NCBI GenBank assembly: GCA_964016885.1
Contig: OZ024744.1
Coordinates: forward strand, 41,726,001 to 41,790,000
Direction: 5' to 3'
DNA length: 64,000 bases
Source: Eledone cirrhosa
Lineage: Eukaryota
Positions 12,015 through 24,710 of the stretch are shown here, piece by piece. A model generated the notes under the pieces. The model worked only from the letters and a program-made list of their open reading frames with translations, was not told the origin of the DNA and made no database searches. Each line of letters starts with the position of its first letter. Position 1 is the stretch's first letter. The position numbers and the translations under genes were made by a program.

Positions 12015-14940
12015 ATCATCATCATCATCATCATCAACGTTTAACGTCCGTGTTCCACGCTTGCATGGGTTTGGACGGGAGTTTTCCCACTTGAGGCAAG
12101 AGTGATTGTCTTGCTCGCATAGGACTGTCTGGCAGGTTTTCTACAGTTGGATGCCCTTCCTAACACCAACCACATTTTCAGTGTGGGTCTGGGAGGTTTT
12201 TACCGTGTTGCCTACACGGCCACATTACAGCGTGGACTGTGTGTTTTTTTTGTTGTGACACCTACACGATCTCATTTATTTCGGCCTGGATGGTGTGGCA
12301 CCAGCATAACTTTACATAGAACGGGGTGGTGTGGATGGGGTGGGGGTGGTGGTGGTGGGACGGGATGTATTTTTTTAGAGATGCCTACTGGCTGGAGTAG
12401 GTTTTACTATATATTTAGGTAAGGCGGGTCTTCTCTGTTACTGAGTACCGCCAAAGGTCTCGGTCCAGTGACATTGTCTTGGAGAGGTGTAAGTGTGTGA
12501 TGTCGGAGTTTATCAGCTCGTCCCAGGTTTTTCTAGGTCTGCCTATTCCGTGACTACCGTCTATCTTTATTTCCCTGCACTTTGTTATACAGCTATCGAC
12601 TTTCATGCGCATCACGTGTCCATACCAACGTAGCCTTCTCTCGAGTAAACAACATCTGATCCCTCTTATCTCTAATTTTTTCCTTAGTTCGTTTATGCTT
12701 TGCCGTTCACGTATATTACTGTTACACATCCAGCGGAGCATGCAAGCTTCGTTCCTCTCTAGTCTGCGTATATCCTCTGCACACAATGCCCAGGTCTCAC
12801 TGCCATGCAGCATTGCTGTTCGTATGCAGGCATCGTACAACCTGCCTTTCATTTTTAGGGACAACCATTTAGCAGCTAATAGTGGTATAAGCTCTCTGAA
12901 CTTTTTCCAACCAGTTCTGACTCTAGCTACAGTACTTTCAGAGCACCCTCCCCCACTGCTGATTTTATCGCCCAGGTAACGGAAGCTGTCCACTATTTCT
13001 ATAGAACCCTCTGCGCAATTGAAAGAGCTAGTATTTTGTGGGCACTTTCTGCTACTTATTGCACCAGAACACCGGCCACATGTAAAATCTATGTTCTTAG
13101 TTAGCTTACCTGTGATCCCACTACATCTTTTATGCACCCATACTTTGCATTTAGGACATAAAATGGAGTTTCTACCTACGCCTTTCCTACACACCGAGCA
13201 CGACCATTTCCCAGAAGGGACCGCCACCTTGTTTTCTTTCCTACAAACTAGAACTTTGGTCTTAGCCAGGTTAATTTTAAGTCCTTTTGACTCTAGGCCG
13301 TGCTTCCATGTTTGGAATTTCTTCTCTAGCTCGGCCATTGATTCCGCTATGAGTGTCAGGTCGTCTGCGTATAGGAGTTCCCATGGGCAGCCTGTCTTGA
13401 ACTCCTCTGTTATAGCCTGAAGGGCAATAATAAATAGTAGGGGGCTGAGAACAGAGCCCTGATGGACGCCAACTTTTACGCTAAACTCTTCACTATATTC
13501 GTTGTTAATTATAACCTTGCTGACTGTTTCTTTATACATGGCTTGTATAGCCCTCACAAGCCATTCGTCAACGCCTAGTTTTCTAAGAGCCCACCAGATA
13601 ATGGAGCGGGGGACTCTGTCGAAGGCTTTCTCCAAGTCGACAAAAGCTAAGTAGAGGGGTTTACCTTTAGCTAGGTACTTCTCCTGTAGTTGTCGTACTA
13701 TGAAAAGAGCGTCTGTGGTACTTTTGCCTGACACAAACCTGAACTGCATTTCATCTAGGTCAATTCTCTCTCTGATTAGTTGCGCTATTACTTTTTCCGT
13801 GACCTTCATGACCTGGTCGATTAATTTAATGCCTCTATAGTTACTCCTATCTAGGGCGTCTCCTTTACCCTTATAACAGTTAACGATGATGCTGCTATGC
13901 CAGTCCTTCGGAACAACCCCATTCTGTACGACTTGGTTAACTATGCGGGTGACCATGGTGTGTCCCACCGTGCCAGATGCCTTCAGCATCTCAGCAACTA
14001 TTTCCAAAGGCCCAGCCGCCTTACCCGTCTTCATATCATGATTGCCTTACTTATTATACTCCCCTCGACTAACACTGCTGGTCCCTCTATTGGGTCGATA
14101 TGGGGGAGACTGTCTTTCTCCCATTTATTCTCCTCATTTAGTAGCCTTTCATAGTGACACTTCCAAGTTACCTTCTTATCAGCGTCGGTGATGGCAAGTG
14201 TGCCATCGTCGTTTAGTACACACTTCTCCCCGACAATATCACGGTTTTCCTTGACGCATTGCCTAGCAATCCTGAACACCTCACGTTTTTGGTCATCGCG
14301 TTGTAGAACATGCTTGAACTTTCTTTCCTCAGCTTCCCTTCTTGCTAAGTACACTTGTCTCCTAGCTTCCCTCCTGGCCACTTGATAGTCTTCTCTACTT
14401 CCCCCATCCCGCCATACTTTCCAAGCCTGCTTTTTGGCCTTAATTGAACCCTCCACCTTACTGTTCCACCACCATGTTACTCTCCTCCTGCCTACAGGCC
14501 TGCTCCAGCCACAGACTTCGTCTGTCGCCAACAGCAGGTTTGCTTTCAGAAATTCCCACTGTCCCTCTATATTGTCCGACTCTAAATGTTCTTCCTTACT
14601 GTCGAAAGCATCAAGTAATATGCTTTGAAATTTATTCCTGGCTGTGGGGTCCTTTAGCTTCCATATTTTTCTCCTGAGGATAGTCCTCTTCTGCTGTCGA
14701 GTACGTCTCGTCCTGACTATGAGGTCGCTAATTATCAGTCTATGTTGGGAGGTGCATTCTTCATGGGGGAGGGATTTAGTGTTTACAACAGACACTCTGT
14801 CACGTCTTCTGGTAAGGATATAATCTACCTCGCTTGTGTGTTCCCCGGATCTATAGGTGATCAGGTGATTGTCACGTTTTTTGAAGTTAGTGTTACAGAT
14901 AGTTAGGTTATTTGCATCACAGAATTCCAGGATTCTGGAG
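12015..14940 (-). mobile_element. 5'-truncated RTE-clade LINE with 3' UTR and (GAT)n tail, inserted in (TA)n
   Basis: Endonuclease C-terminal part (VDYIL, SQHRLII), then RT (AFVDLEKAFDRV, GVHQGSVLSP, LLYADDL). One frameshift near 14034. (TA)n on both sides. Confidence 0.92.
12415..14034 (-). CDS. RTE reverse transcriptase with PHD-like Cys/His finger insertion (part of a frameshifted ORF)
   Basis: 539-aa ORF with YADD and CSVC...CPKC...HKRC...CGRC. Confidence 0.85.
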   Translation of the reverse strand: MKTGKAAGPLEIVAEMLKASGTVGHTMVTRIVNQVVQNGVVPKDWHSSIIVNCYKGKGDALDRSNYRGIKLIDQVMKVTEKVIAQLIRERIDLDEMQFRFVSGKSTTDALFIVRQLQEKYLAKGKPLYLAFVDLEKAFDRVPRSIIWWALRKLGVDEWLVRAIQAMYKETVSKVIINNEYSEEFSVKVGVHQGSVLSPLLFIIALQAITEEFKTGCPWELLYADDLTLIAESMAELEKKFQTWKHGLESKGLKINLAKTKVLVCRKENKVAVPSGKWSCSVCRKGVGRNSILCPKCKVWVHKRCSGITGKLTKNIDFTCGRCSGAISSRKCPQNTSSFNCAEGSIEIVDSFRYLGDKISSGGGCSESTVARVRTGWKKFRELIPLLAAKWLSLKMKGRLYDACIRTAMLHGSETWALCAEDIRRLERNEACMLRWMCNSNIRERQSINELRKKLEIRGIRCCLLERRLRWYGHVMRMKVDSCITKCREIKIDGSHGIGRPRKTWDELINSDITHLHLSKTMSLDRDLWRYSVTEKTRLT

Positions 14941-15585
14941 TATATATATATGTATATATATATATATGTATATATATAGAGAGATAGATATGTATATAAT
15001 ATACTGTATATATATAATGAAAATAGGATGAGAAAGCGCAACCTCATCTGGAACACTGACAACAGGAGGGACTGGAAAGCATGATTGCCAATCTCTGGAA
15101 CAGACCTGGCACCTGATGATGATCATCTGGTAGAAAAATCACTCTTGAAATAGAATCTCACTGTCTCAGAGAAGCTTTGTTGGAGATTGCCCCTTTACTG
15201 AGTAGAATAGGAAAGCATCTGTCAATTTTCCAGCCCCCATCTTTTGCTGCTTTATGGTTATATCCACTGTTGTACTTGAAAATAGATCTTTAGATTATCG
15301 TACTTAACTGCAGCTAATGTTGGTCCTGTAGTGTCACTATTTTGACATCCCAATAGCTGGTCAAATGACACAAATTGGGGGGACCTTGTGCTGTCTGGTA
15401 TGTGAGCTATTATAATGCAGTATGGAGTAAATATTAGAACTGCTAGTATTGCAGCTTCTACATCTCTTGTCATTTTAAAATGCAATGCTCAATGTTAACC
15501 TTTCCAATTGTGGCTATATCATTAACTCTGATATTCAAGAAATAGATTGTTTGTTTGATGTACCTTGTGTAATTGTAATATGAAT

Positions 15586-15840
15586 GGTATGTGGTTTATT
15601 GGTTAAAATGTTCAGTCCATGATTATAAGGTTGTGAGTTTGATTCTCAGCAGTATGTTGTGATCTTGAGCAAGTCACTTTATTTCAAAGCTGCTCCATGT
15701 AACTCAACATGTCAGTTTTGCCACACACAGTGTCATATTGAATCTCCCCGAGAACTACATTAACGGTACAAGCATCTGTGGAATGTTTAGCTGCTTGTAA
15801 GTTAATTTCACAAGTAAGCTGTTCCATTAGTCAAACAACT
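15586..15840 (+). mobile_element. Decayed tRNA-derived SINE, family C (related copy on - strand at ~36620-36920)
   Basis: tRNA-like head GTGGTTTATTGGTTAAA...GAGTTTGATTC, followed by CTTGAGCAAGTCACTTTATTTCA. Body shared with 36620-36920. Confidence 0.6.
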
Positions 15841-15929
15841 GTAATCATACCCATGCATAAAATGTATTATAGTCATCCAGAATGCAGCTGTTGTAGTCTA
15901 CAATGTTAGGAAAATATTGTATGAATGTT

Positions 15930-16290
15930 TTTGAAATGGGATTCCTCTGAAGGGTCTTTGGAGTAATGTTATTCGATAAAGTGCATAGCTTGGCGATCAG
16001 GTAGAGATGCTACTTCTCCTAATAGTCACAGCTCCTATACTATGGGCATGTGGTTAGAATGTCTCAGGAAAGAATCGTTGGACAGATTTTATAGGTGAAA
16101 CCAAATGGTAGGATACCCAGGTGTAGACCCCAAGCAAGATGGTTGGATAACAACTATGAGCTTGGCTGGTCATGCTTGGGAAACCAGCCAGATCAGCTGG
16201 AGATGGTTGCTTCTGACAGGACCTATTGGAAGGAGTGTTTAAGGACTCTGCCCCATGACCCTCTCAGGAATATGTGGGCAAAGAAGATTT
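15930..16290 (+). mobile_element. RTE (Expander/Rex3-like) LINE 3' fragment
   Basis: EMGFL..., RPQARWLDN, WKECLRTLP. Homologous to 18640-19325. Confidence 0.75.
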
Positions 16291-17984
16291 GTAATTTTGG
16301 TTACATACTGATTATAACACTTGAGTATAACTGCAGCAGAATCTACAATTATTCAATGTGACATTCAAGAATCTAGATGCAAAAGGATTACCTACATATA
16401 GCTGAAATGGAGCAATAATTACTCAGCATCTGGTTGATTGCACTTTTGTTTTCCAATATGTGCTATCTTAAGTTTCACATCTTTGTCTATAAGCAGCTTC
16501 TCAAGAAAAAAGTTTAAGAGACTGAGGAAGGAAATAAGCTGCTGTTTAGAAAGACCCTATTTCTTTAATATTCAAGATAATAGTCTCACTCTTGAATAAT
16601 AGATTTTTTTTTCATTCTTGATCAACTTTGCAGTTATTTCAACTATTCTTCTTAAGATAATGGTTTTCCTGCTTTGGTGAGGTATATAAATCATGTAGAA
16701 TTGTTGATGCACTACACCACATTTTAACTACATTTTTGGAGGAAATAATTTTATTTCTAAAGTATTTTATGGCTTGTTCCTTTGTATGAATAAAAACTAC
16801 AGTATTTCATGCTAAACAGCAATACTATCGATCAAACCAACTTTATTTCTTTTCCAACTAAACCAAATTCCATTATTACTCAAGTTTCTAATGACTCCAT
16901 AAGAGTCATTAGAATGTCACACATTATTGTTTCTCATTCTCTATAAATCTAAATAAGAAGTATATTTTGTTTCCTAATCTAAACTATAATAAAGTAAGGA
17001 GTGCGAGACTGCATCAGAACATATTTTTTTATCCCGTTTGTAAAATAAGTTGGATTACTTTCAATAAATAATGAATGAATATTACATAATTTATCTACTA
17101 AATTTCGTAACTATATTTCGTATTTATAAATAATTTAAAATTGACTTCTTTTCAAAGTTACAAATTTCTAGACTTCTGGTATAACGTCGCCACCACAACC
17201 ACTTCAACTACCATATATATAAAAAGAGAGAGTTTGTGATGAGAGAGATAGAGTGATTATGACTTTCTACATGCTGACGTGTATGATTGTGCACATACGT
17301 ACATCTATATGCATGAGCATATAACTATAATCGCGAAAACACAAACTTATAAATATACACCGTCACGGACATACATTCAGATAAATACACATACTTTCAC
17401 ACAAAAACATTCATACATACATTTACACAAACACAGACATACAGTCATGATAGCGTCTGGTGAATTGGAAAGGGGAGGGTAAAACAAGTATAACGTTTTA
17501 TTTATTTATTAACAACACAGTTTAACTCTTTTTTTTTTTAAAACTCATATGTATAAAATCTAATATAATGCTTACAGAATGAAAACACAAACAAATATAA
17601 AATATATGCTGTAGCTGTCACCCTTACCCCTGCATCCAGGATGTGGGAAGAAGAAAGAGTCACTGACTGTGAAGTCCCATTCACACAAACACACATACTT
17701 TCAAACAAAGCACACATACATTCACACATATACATTTACACAAACACACACATACAGTCATGATAGCGTTCGGTGAATTGGTACTTTTTATTTATTTATT
17801 AACAACATAGTTTAACTCTCTTTTTTTTTAAACTCATTTATATAAAAATTTAATATAACGATTACAGAACGAAAACACTAACAAATATAATGTATACAAA
17901 GGAAAGGGAAAGGAAAAAAAGAAAGAGAAAAATACACAAGCATAGACCCCATAGAACAATATGCAGGCGAAAGAATGAAAAAAC

Positions 17985-18490
17985 GAGACGCTACTAGAGC
18001 AAAAGATAGCATTATAGCGAGGAGCACTGGGAAGCCTCTCTAATAATTTTTGAGGCAGGCCAGTATGCTCGCGGCATTACCTGGGGTGATGGCAAGGCTG
18101 AGGTGCTAGAACAACCAAGTGCCCTCACGAGCATCACCAGTTACCTCTGTTTGGCGAGCCGCCAGTGAAGATAAGAACCTCGCTGTCAGTAGTCCCAAAC
18201 GTCTCAAATTCCACAGGCTGGATAATGTAATTAGCTGACAGAACTCGGAATTTGAGGATTTTTGTTCTGTTCAGCTGTGGATGCTGTAGCTCTCACCTTT
18301 ACCGCTGCATCCAGAATGTGGGAAGAACCAAAAGCGTCACTAACTGTGATGTCCCAGGTAAGGCACCTGCCTCTTGACCGGAAGCACAGAGTAAGACAAT
18401 CAAGTCTTTTCTCATCAATTCTGGACAACCCAAACAGTTCCAAAATTGAGGGGATGTTTTCCCGGGCCAAAGCTGTTGAGTGGTAATAGG
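17985..18490 (-). mobile_element. CRE-like RLE retrotransposon 3' fragment
   Basis: ALARENIPSILELFGLSRIDEKRLDCLTL...RGRCLTWDITVSD resembles the PD..D restriction-like endonuclease region (GKRPDG...WD). Confidence 0.65.
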
Positions 18491-18639
18491 ACAGTGTATG
18501 TATGTGCACGTGCGAATTTGTCGGTGTTCTTAAATTAGAGACACGTGTGTGTGAGTCACTGTTTTTAAGTTAGAGACATATATATGTGTGTCCCTTTCCT
18601 TCCTTTTACACACACATACATTCATACAAACACAAACAC

Positions 18640-19325
18640 ATTGTGTGATGGACGGGTGGACAGAAATTCCTCAAATTTATATACATGTGAATGGAGTTCT
18701 ACTGAAGCAGTTAGAGAAGTTCAATTATCTTGGAGCCGTGTTCATGAGAAATAGAATGCAGGAGGCTGAATTAAGTGCAAGAATTGCAAAAGCTGATGCA
18801 GTAATGCGCCAGCCTCAGCATTCAGCAATCAGAAGAAGGTGGTAGGTGTAAAAGCCAAACTCTCTGTCTTCCTGGTATTCCTGCCAAATCTCACTGAGGA
18901 TCGTGAATCTTGAGTAATGACCAAAAGAATACAATTGCAAATAAAAGCGGCAGAAATGGGATTCCTCCGAAGGGTCTTTGGAGTAACGTTACTTGATAAA
19001 TTGCAAAGCTGAGAGACCAGAGAGTCACTCCTGGTAGAGCTTCTCCGAATTGAAAGATCACAACTCCGATACTCTGGGCAAGTGGTTAGAATGTCTCAGT
19101 AAAGAATCGCTGGACACATTTTACAGGCAAAACCAACCGTCAAGAGACCCAGAGGTAGACCTTGAGCAAGATAGTTGGATAACATCCATGAGCTTGGCTG
19201 GTCATGCTTTGGGATTAAGCTGGATCAGTTAGAGATATTTGCTTCTGACAGACTCGCTGGAAGGAGTGTTTGAGAAGGACTCTGCCCCCACGACCCTCTC
19301 AGAAATAAGTGGGTGAAGAAGAAGA
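18640..19325 (+). mobile_element. RTE (Expander/Rex3-like) LINE 3' fragment with GAA tail
   Basis: LKQLEKFNYLGAVF, ELSARIAKA, EMGFLRRVFGVTLLDK. Ends in GAAGAAGAAG. Confidence 0.8.
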
Positions 19326-20799
19326 TATTGTCAATTTATTTTTCAATTTACTTATATATATTTGTGTATAATACCAAAATGCATGCTACATATGCTAGTA
19401 GAAAACCGGGCGAAGGGCGGTTTTTCTGCTAGTCAAAATAATTCTTATTTACTTTTAACTAGAATCAAGGTCTCAGATTTGTTGGGATAGGAAACATGGA
19501 ATATTGTAATGCACAAGCCATTCTCAAAGGCCTTAGCTGCATAACTGAATTGAAATGCTTCAAAAAGGAACTGGAATCACATTGCAGTCTTCATTTGACT
19601 GAAGATAAGTTCTTACTTTGTAATCCTTACTTGTGTTTTGTGACGCTCTTAAACTGTTGAAATAAATATTAGTCTGCTTTCACTAAGCACAAAACTTTGG
19701 ATTGTTGGGGTTATTGGTTATTTAACCCTAGGTTAGTTCTTATCAAACAGATTTATGAATAAAAATATACATTCCAGCTTTAATCATCCAGTCTTTTATT
19801 TAAATTTAGTGCTTCTATGACTACATTAGGCAATAAGTGTTATTTCTTTAAAAATAAGATTATAGAGTATTTGGTTTTATGGAAATGTGATTGATATTTC
19901 TCACAGAGGATCCTTCATTTTATGGCTTAAGATTTTAAACAGGAGTGAAAAGGAAATTTTGAGAAAATTTTAATTTACTAAAGAACATTTAACCCTTTCA
20001 TTGCCGTATTTCTTATGAAATTCACTGTATTTGAATTAATTAATGAAGAATTTGAAAGGATTTACTAAAATTATTAATTATTTCATTATTACGATGGTAT
20101 TTGTGACATAATTTGATAAAGCATTCTTATATCAAATTATGTTTGAAGATTTTGATAAGAATCCTTTAAAGTGGGTAGTTTTGTTTCATAGAATTAGTGC
20201 TGGTTTTGGGTAGGTTGGTATCAAAAGGTTTAAAACAGAATTGAAGGAATGGAGTGGTCAGGACAGGGAATTAAAACTGGGTTGTAAATAGAATAACTAA
20301 GAACTAGCTTCAACACTGTACTGCTATGAAAACAAAATTGCTTACATTTATAATAAGTAGACTTCCACTACTTTATCTCTGCATCATAGGAACGTAAAGT
20401 AAGCAAACCATTAAACTGGTGAGTTGAATCCTCAAACATAGTTGCTGAAAAGTCCAAGTCAACCATAAGTTTCTAGCTAGATTAAATATTAGGGTCTGAT
20501 TTGCTAAATTTCATTTGGAGAGTCTGTATATAGCTATGACTCTGCATACTTAATTATTCATAACACGCCAGGCACCCAGTTCTAAGTATCCATTATACAT
20601 TTGACATTAAAAATGTTGTAATAATTATCTGCAGAATAAGATACAAGCATAGCTGCATGGTTGAAGAGTTTGTTACACAAACACATGATTTCAGAATATG
20701 TGGGGCCCTGGGCAAGTGACTTCCTCTATAGCCTCAAGTTAACCAAAGCTTTGTAAGTGGAGTTTAGTAGATAGAAGCTAATGAAGCCCATTGTGTATA

Positions 20800-21156
20800 T
20801 CCCACCTTCCCTTAAACCTACAATCAGTAGGCGCCTCTTAACCCAATATATACCCTACCCACACACCCTACTCCATCCTCCCACTTCTGCTCACACCACC
20901 CTTTCTCTGTAAAGTTATGTTGGTCATACAGAACATCCAGTCCACACGGTAAATTGGTCATGTAGGAGACACGGTAAAAAGACTCCCAGTCGACACTGTA
21001 AATGTGGTTGGTGTTATGAAGGGCATCCAGCTGTAGAAAACCTGCCAGAGACATGGTCACCTGATGGATCTTGCCTCAAGTGGGACAAACCCATCTAGCT
21101 CATGCTAGCATGGAAGATAGACGTTAAATAATGATGATGATGATGATGATGATGAT
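20800..21156 (+). mobile_element. RTE 3' UTR copy with (GAT)n tail
   Basis: Reverse-complement homology to 12015-12414 (GAAGGGCATCCAGCTGTAGAAAACCTGCC). Confidence 0.75.
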
Positions 21157-21183
21157 ATATATATATATATAATCATTAAGACC

Positions 21184-21293
21184 AGTACTACAATGAAGAC
21201 ATAACAGGAACACATGTTTGTTGGATGGACTAACTTTTCAACTTTGGTCGATCCAACAAAACACGCGTTCTTGTTATATCTTCATTGTAGTAC
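21184..21293. repeat. ~110-bp imperfect palindrome (MITE-like)
   Basis: AGTACTACAATGAAGA...GTTGGAT pairs with ATCCAAC...TCTTCATTGTAGTACT around a ~10-nt spacer. Confidence 0.85.
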
Positions 21294-21306
21294 TTACTGG
21301 TGTTGA

Positions 21307-22220
21307 TAATAATAATAATAATAATAATGAAATAATAATGAAATTATTGTGTACAGTGCTCAGGTGCATTCCAATTCATCAAAGGTGCATGTATAGTACA
21401 TAGAATAATGTACAAATGTCAAGGAAAGTGAATAGTGTATGAGTCATGATATACATGTGTGTGTGTGTATGGAGGGGGAATATTAGGTGTAGTGTTGGCG
21501 AATCTCAGGAAGCATGGAGGTTTAACCCTTTAGCATTCACATTACTCTATATATACTATCATATTTTCATGGTAAAGGCTTTACCTCACATAATTATCTC
21601 ACATAATATCGAATGATATATAAATATATAAATGAGATTTTGAAAGTATTTATTTTGAGAACAATACCTTAACATCAGTTTGAGCAACCAGTTACAGCCA
21701 GTTTCAACAGAAAGAGGTAGAGAATTCTGGCCGGTTTGGGCCGGTTTGAACATTAAAGGGTTAAAGGATGCAGTGTCAGCAACTCTGAGTGGGAAAAAAT
21801 GTTTCCGAAAGTCATGGGACCTGTGCTGTTTTCTGACTTTGTTGGCATGCACACGTGTGTTAGACACATGGAAATCAAAAAGGTACTCAGGGTTGTTGTT
21901 GGCAAGAAGGTTAATAATTTTGTGGGTATTTACCAAGTCAGTTGCCAGGCGTCGGAGCTTCAATGTATCCATGCCCAGGGAGGTAAGGCGTTCAGAGTAT
22001 GGTAGATGCCTGATGGAGGGTACTTGCTTGGTTGCACGGTTCTGAACAGTTTCCAGGCGGTCAATGTTCTGAGCAAGATAAGGGTTCCAGATTGGTGATG
22101 CAAATTCTAAGGGTGGCCGCACCATAGCTATATGCAGCTTTAAATAGATAGCTGGAGAGCGGCTGACAAAGGTCTTGTGAGTGATGCTAAGACACCCTCG
22201 GCCTTCTTGACAATTTTATT
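21307..22220 (-). mobile_element. CR1-like LINE 3' fragment interrupted by a MITE
   Basis: VRPPLEFASPIWNPY...LETVQNRATK...YSERL...LKLRRL. (TTA)n tail at 21307-21340. Confidence 0.85.
21526..21760. mobile_element. piggyBac-like MITE
   Basis: TTAA|CCCTTTAG...TAAAGGG|TTAA. Interrupts the CR1 reading frame. Second copy in the opposite orientation at 34799-35030. Confidence 0.85.
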
Positions 22221-22246
22221 TATCTCTATTTATAAAACAAACTTTG

Positions 22247-22310
22247 TATTTTATCTGATGAAAGCGTACCAATGTTGTCTTGGTATCCTTGAAATATATA
22301 TAATAAAATA
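22247..22310 (+). ncRNA. Minimal type I hammerhead ribozyme in the 5' pLTR
   Basis: TATTTTAT / CTGATGA / AAGCGTACCAA...TTGGTATCCTT / GAAA / TATATATA / ATAAAATA. Confidence 0.8.
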
Positions 22311-22500
22311 AATATGGTTTTATAAATATAGTTTCCATTTATTTAATATCATTGAATATTTACTCCAGTAACTTGTTGAGTGCTCTAAATCAGTTATAAA
22401 CATTTATATTTGTCGGACTTCCAACAAATTAAATACCCCTTCTACTTATGAATAGCTCCTTTAATGTTGAGCACTTTAAATTATAACTGATTGCTAATTA

Positions 22501-24710
22501 ATGGAATTCTTTAGGATCTCTTCTTCTCTAAAAGATGTACCTTTACCTAAGAATAAGGACTATTTTAAACAACTCATTGAGAAATCTGACTCCTTTATAC
22601 GAAGACTTAGATGGCGTGCCTTCCATTTCGATAGAAAATCAGATGAAAAAACAATTAAATCCAGTTACAACTTCGATATGATCTTCAAATCCAAGAAAAG
22701 TCCACCTAACAACAAACTATTAATGGAATTTGAAAATGAAATAATATCGATTATACAAAACATCAAATACAAGAAAAACCAATTTGTAAACCAGGAATAC
22801 CTTAAAGGCCTCAAGAATAATATAGACAATTTTGAAAAAACTGAGAAAATCCTCGTAAAATCTGACAAAACTAACAATCTATACGGAATGCAAAAGGACG
22901 AATATTGAAAGAACTAAGGAAAAACTACAAAATAACAAGCAATGACGATCTTGAAATGGTAAATAGAGAAGCTTCTGAAATAATTCATAAATTAGGCATC
23001 GAAAATAGGACCGAACTCTTTATACCTAGAATACCGAAAATTAACCTGAAAGACCACAAAAGAAACTTTGAAATAGTCAGACTTATAGCACCATCTAAAT
23101 CAGACTTAGGCATGGTTAGCAAACATATATTAGATAGAATCATACCGCAACTTAAAGAAATATCTTACCTAAAACTATGGAATGGTACTAATGAGGCTAT
23201 AGATTGGTTCAATAACATAAAATTTAAACATAACAAAAAATTCATTCAATTGGATATTGCAAACTACTACTCCTCTATTACTCCTAATTTACTTAATAAA
23301 GCTCTTATCTATGCATCTAAACATACAGGTTTATCTAGTGAAGAAATGCATATCATTTTAACTGCACGGAAAACTTTAATTGAATTCAACAATCATCTCT
23401 GGACTAGAGCCGATAGGAAAATAATTTTGATATCACCATGGAATCATCAGACTCGGCGCAAATAACGGATCTTGTGGGGCTATTTATTAATAATACACTG
23501 CATAGAAAAATACCAGAGCTGACCGGTGGTTTATATCGTGATGATATGCTGCTTTTAATTGAAAATCATAGTAATTGTGAAATTAATAGGAAAAGAAAAT
23601 CCATAATACAATTCTTCAATAGCTACAACCTTAAGTTAGAAATAGGGAATAACTATAAAACTTTTAGACGTAACATTAAACCTTAACACAGGGCTCTACT
23701 ATCCATTCCATAAAATTAATGAGAATCTAAACAATGTAAGTTTTAACTCTAATCATCCTAGATCTATCAAGAACATTATTGTCATTCTATCCAACAACGT
23801 ATTTCACGCATCTCCGCTAATAAAAACATTTTTGACGATAAGGCAGAATATTATAATGAAGCTTTAAATAGAGCAGGGTATATAAATAAGATTAAATACA
23901 TCGACAACAGTAATAAGGCAAATAACCCTACTATTAATTATAATTATAATAACAAATTTAACCTCAACTCTAAAACTAACAGAAGAAATAGAACTAGAAA
24001 TATTATTTGGTACTCACCCCCATTCTCATTAAGCGTAAAAACACCTTTAGCAAAGCTATTCTTTAAAGCACTAGAAAAATGTTTTCCTAAAGCCCACAGA
24101 TACCACCCAATCTTTAACAGACATACTATAAAATTATCCTACTCTACTACTATGAACATAGCACAAAATATAAATCGAATTAATAATAGAAATTTAAACC
24201 CTAACCAAAATAACCAAAATAGCAGTAATATCTCTAGCAATATCCAACATAATAGTACCGTTCTGAATAACAACTCCCCAAAATGTAACTGTAGAATTAA
24301 ATCAAACAGTCCTTTACAAAATAAGTGTTTAGATAAGGACGTGGTCTATAAATGTACAATTAAAACCAGTGATAATATATTTAACTATGTCGGTGCAACT
24401 TCTACAGAATTTAAAAGTCGCTGGAATAAATACAAATGCTCTTTCCGAAGATTTGATAAAAAATCTTCAACTTCTCTTTCAAACCTGATATGGAACTTAA
24501 AATGTAAGAATATGGACTATTTATTAACTTGGGAAATAGTTTCATAAACGCCCGCGTACTGAAACGCAGCTTTATCTAGATTCTGCAAATTGTGTGTTGA
24601 GGAAATTCTTTTCATACTTAAATGTAAGAACTCTATTAATCTAAGAACGAATTTATTTAATTCTTGTAGACATCGCCTGATTTCAATATTTAGAACTATA
24701 TATAAATTAT
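22501..24710 (+). pseudogene. Frameshifted Penelope RT/GIY-YIG polyprotein
   Basis: FIRRLRWRAFHF, FIQLDIANYYSSI, GLYRDD (RT), KCNCR...PL..KC linker, VVYKC...YVGAT...FKSRW (GIY-YIG) and terminal CKLC..E...SCRH. Confidence 0.88.

Larger units (their letters stand above)
16978..19432 (+). mobile_element. Non-autonomous Helitron carrying nested retroelement fragments
   Basis: A|TCTAAACTATAATAAAG 5' end, 3' hairpin AGAAAACCG...CGGTTTTTCT and CTAG|T. Both ends are homologous to the compact copy at 26819-27304. Confidence 0.75.

Noticed and set aside
14941-15062. N-terminal extension of the 343-aa ORF (MSVFQ...YIYIY)
   Set aside because: Read-through across (TA)n into an unrelated flank. The RTE is truncated at ~14940.
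24545-24562. Selenocysteine recoding in the Penelope ORF, as reported for some Naiad elements
   Set aside because: The TGA here is not at a conserved Cys position and sits beside a TAA and several frameshifts, so ordinary decay is the simpler explanation.
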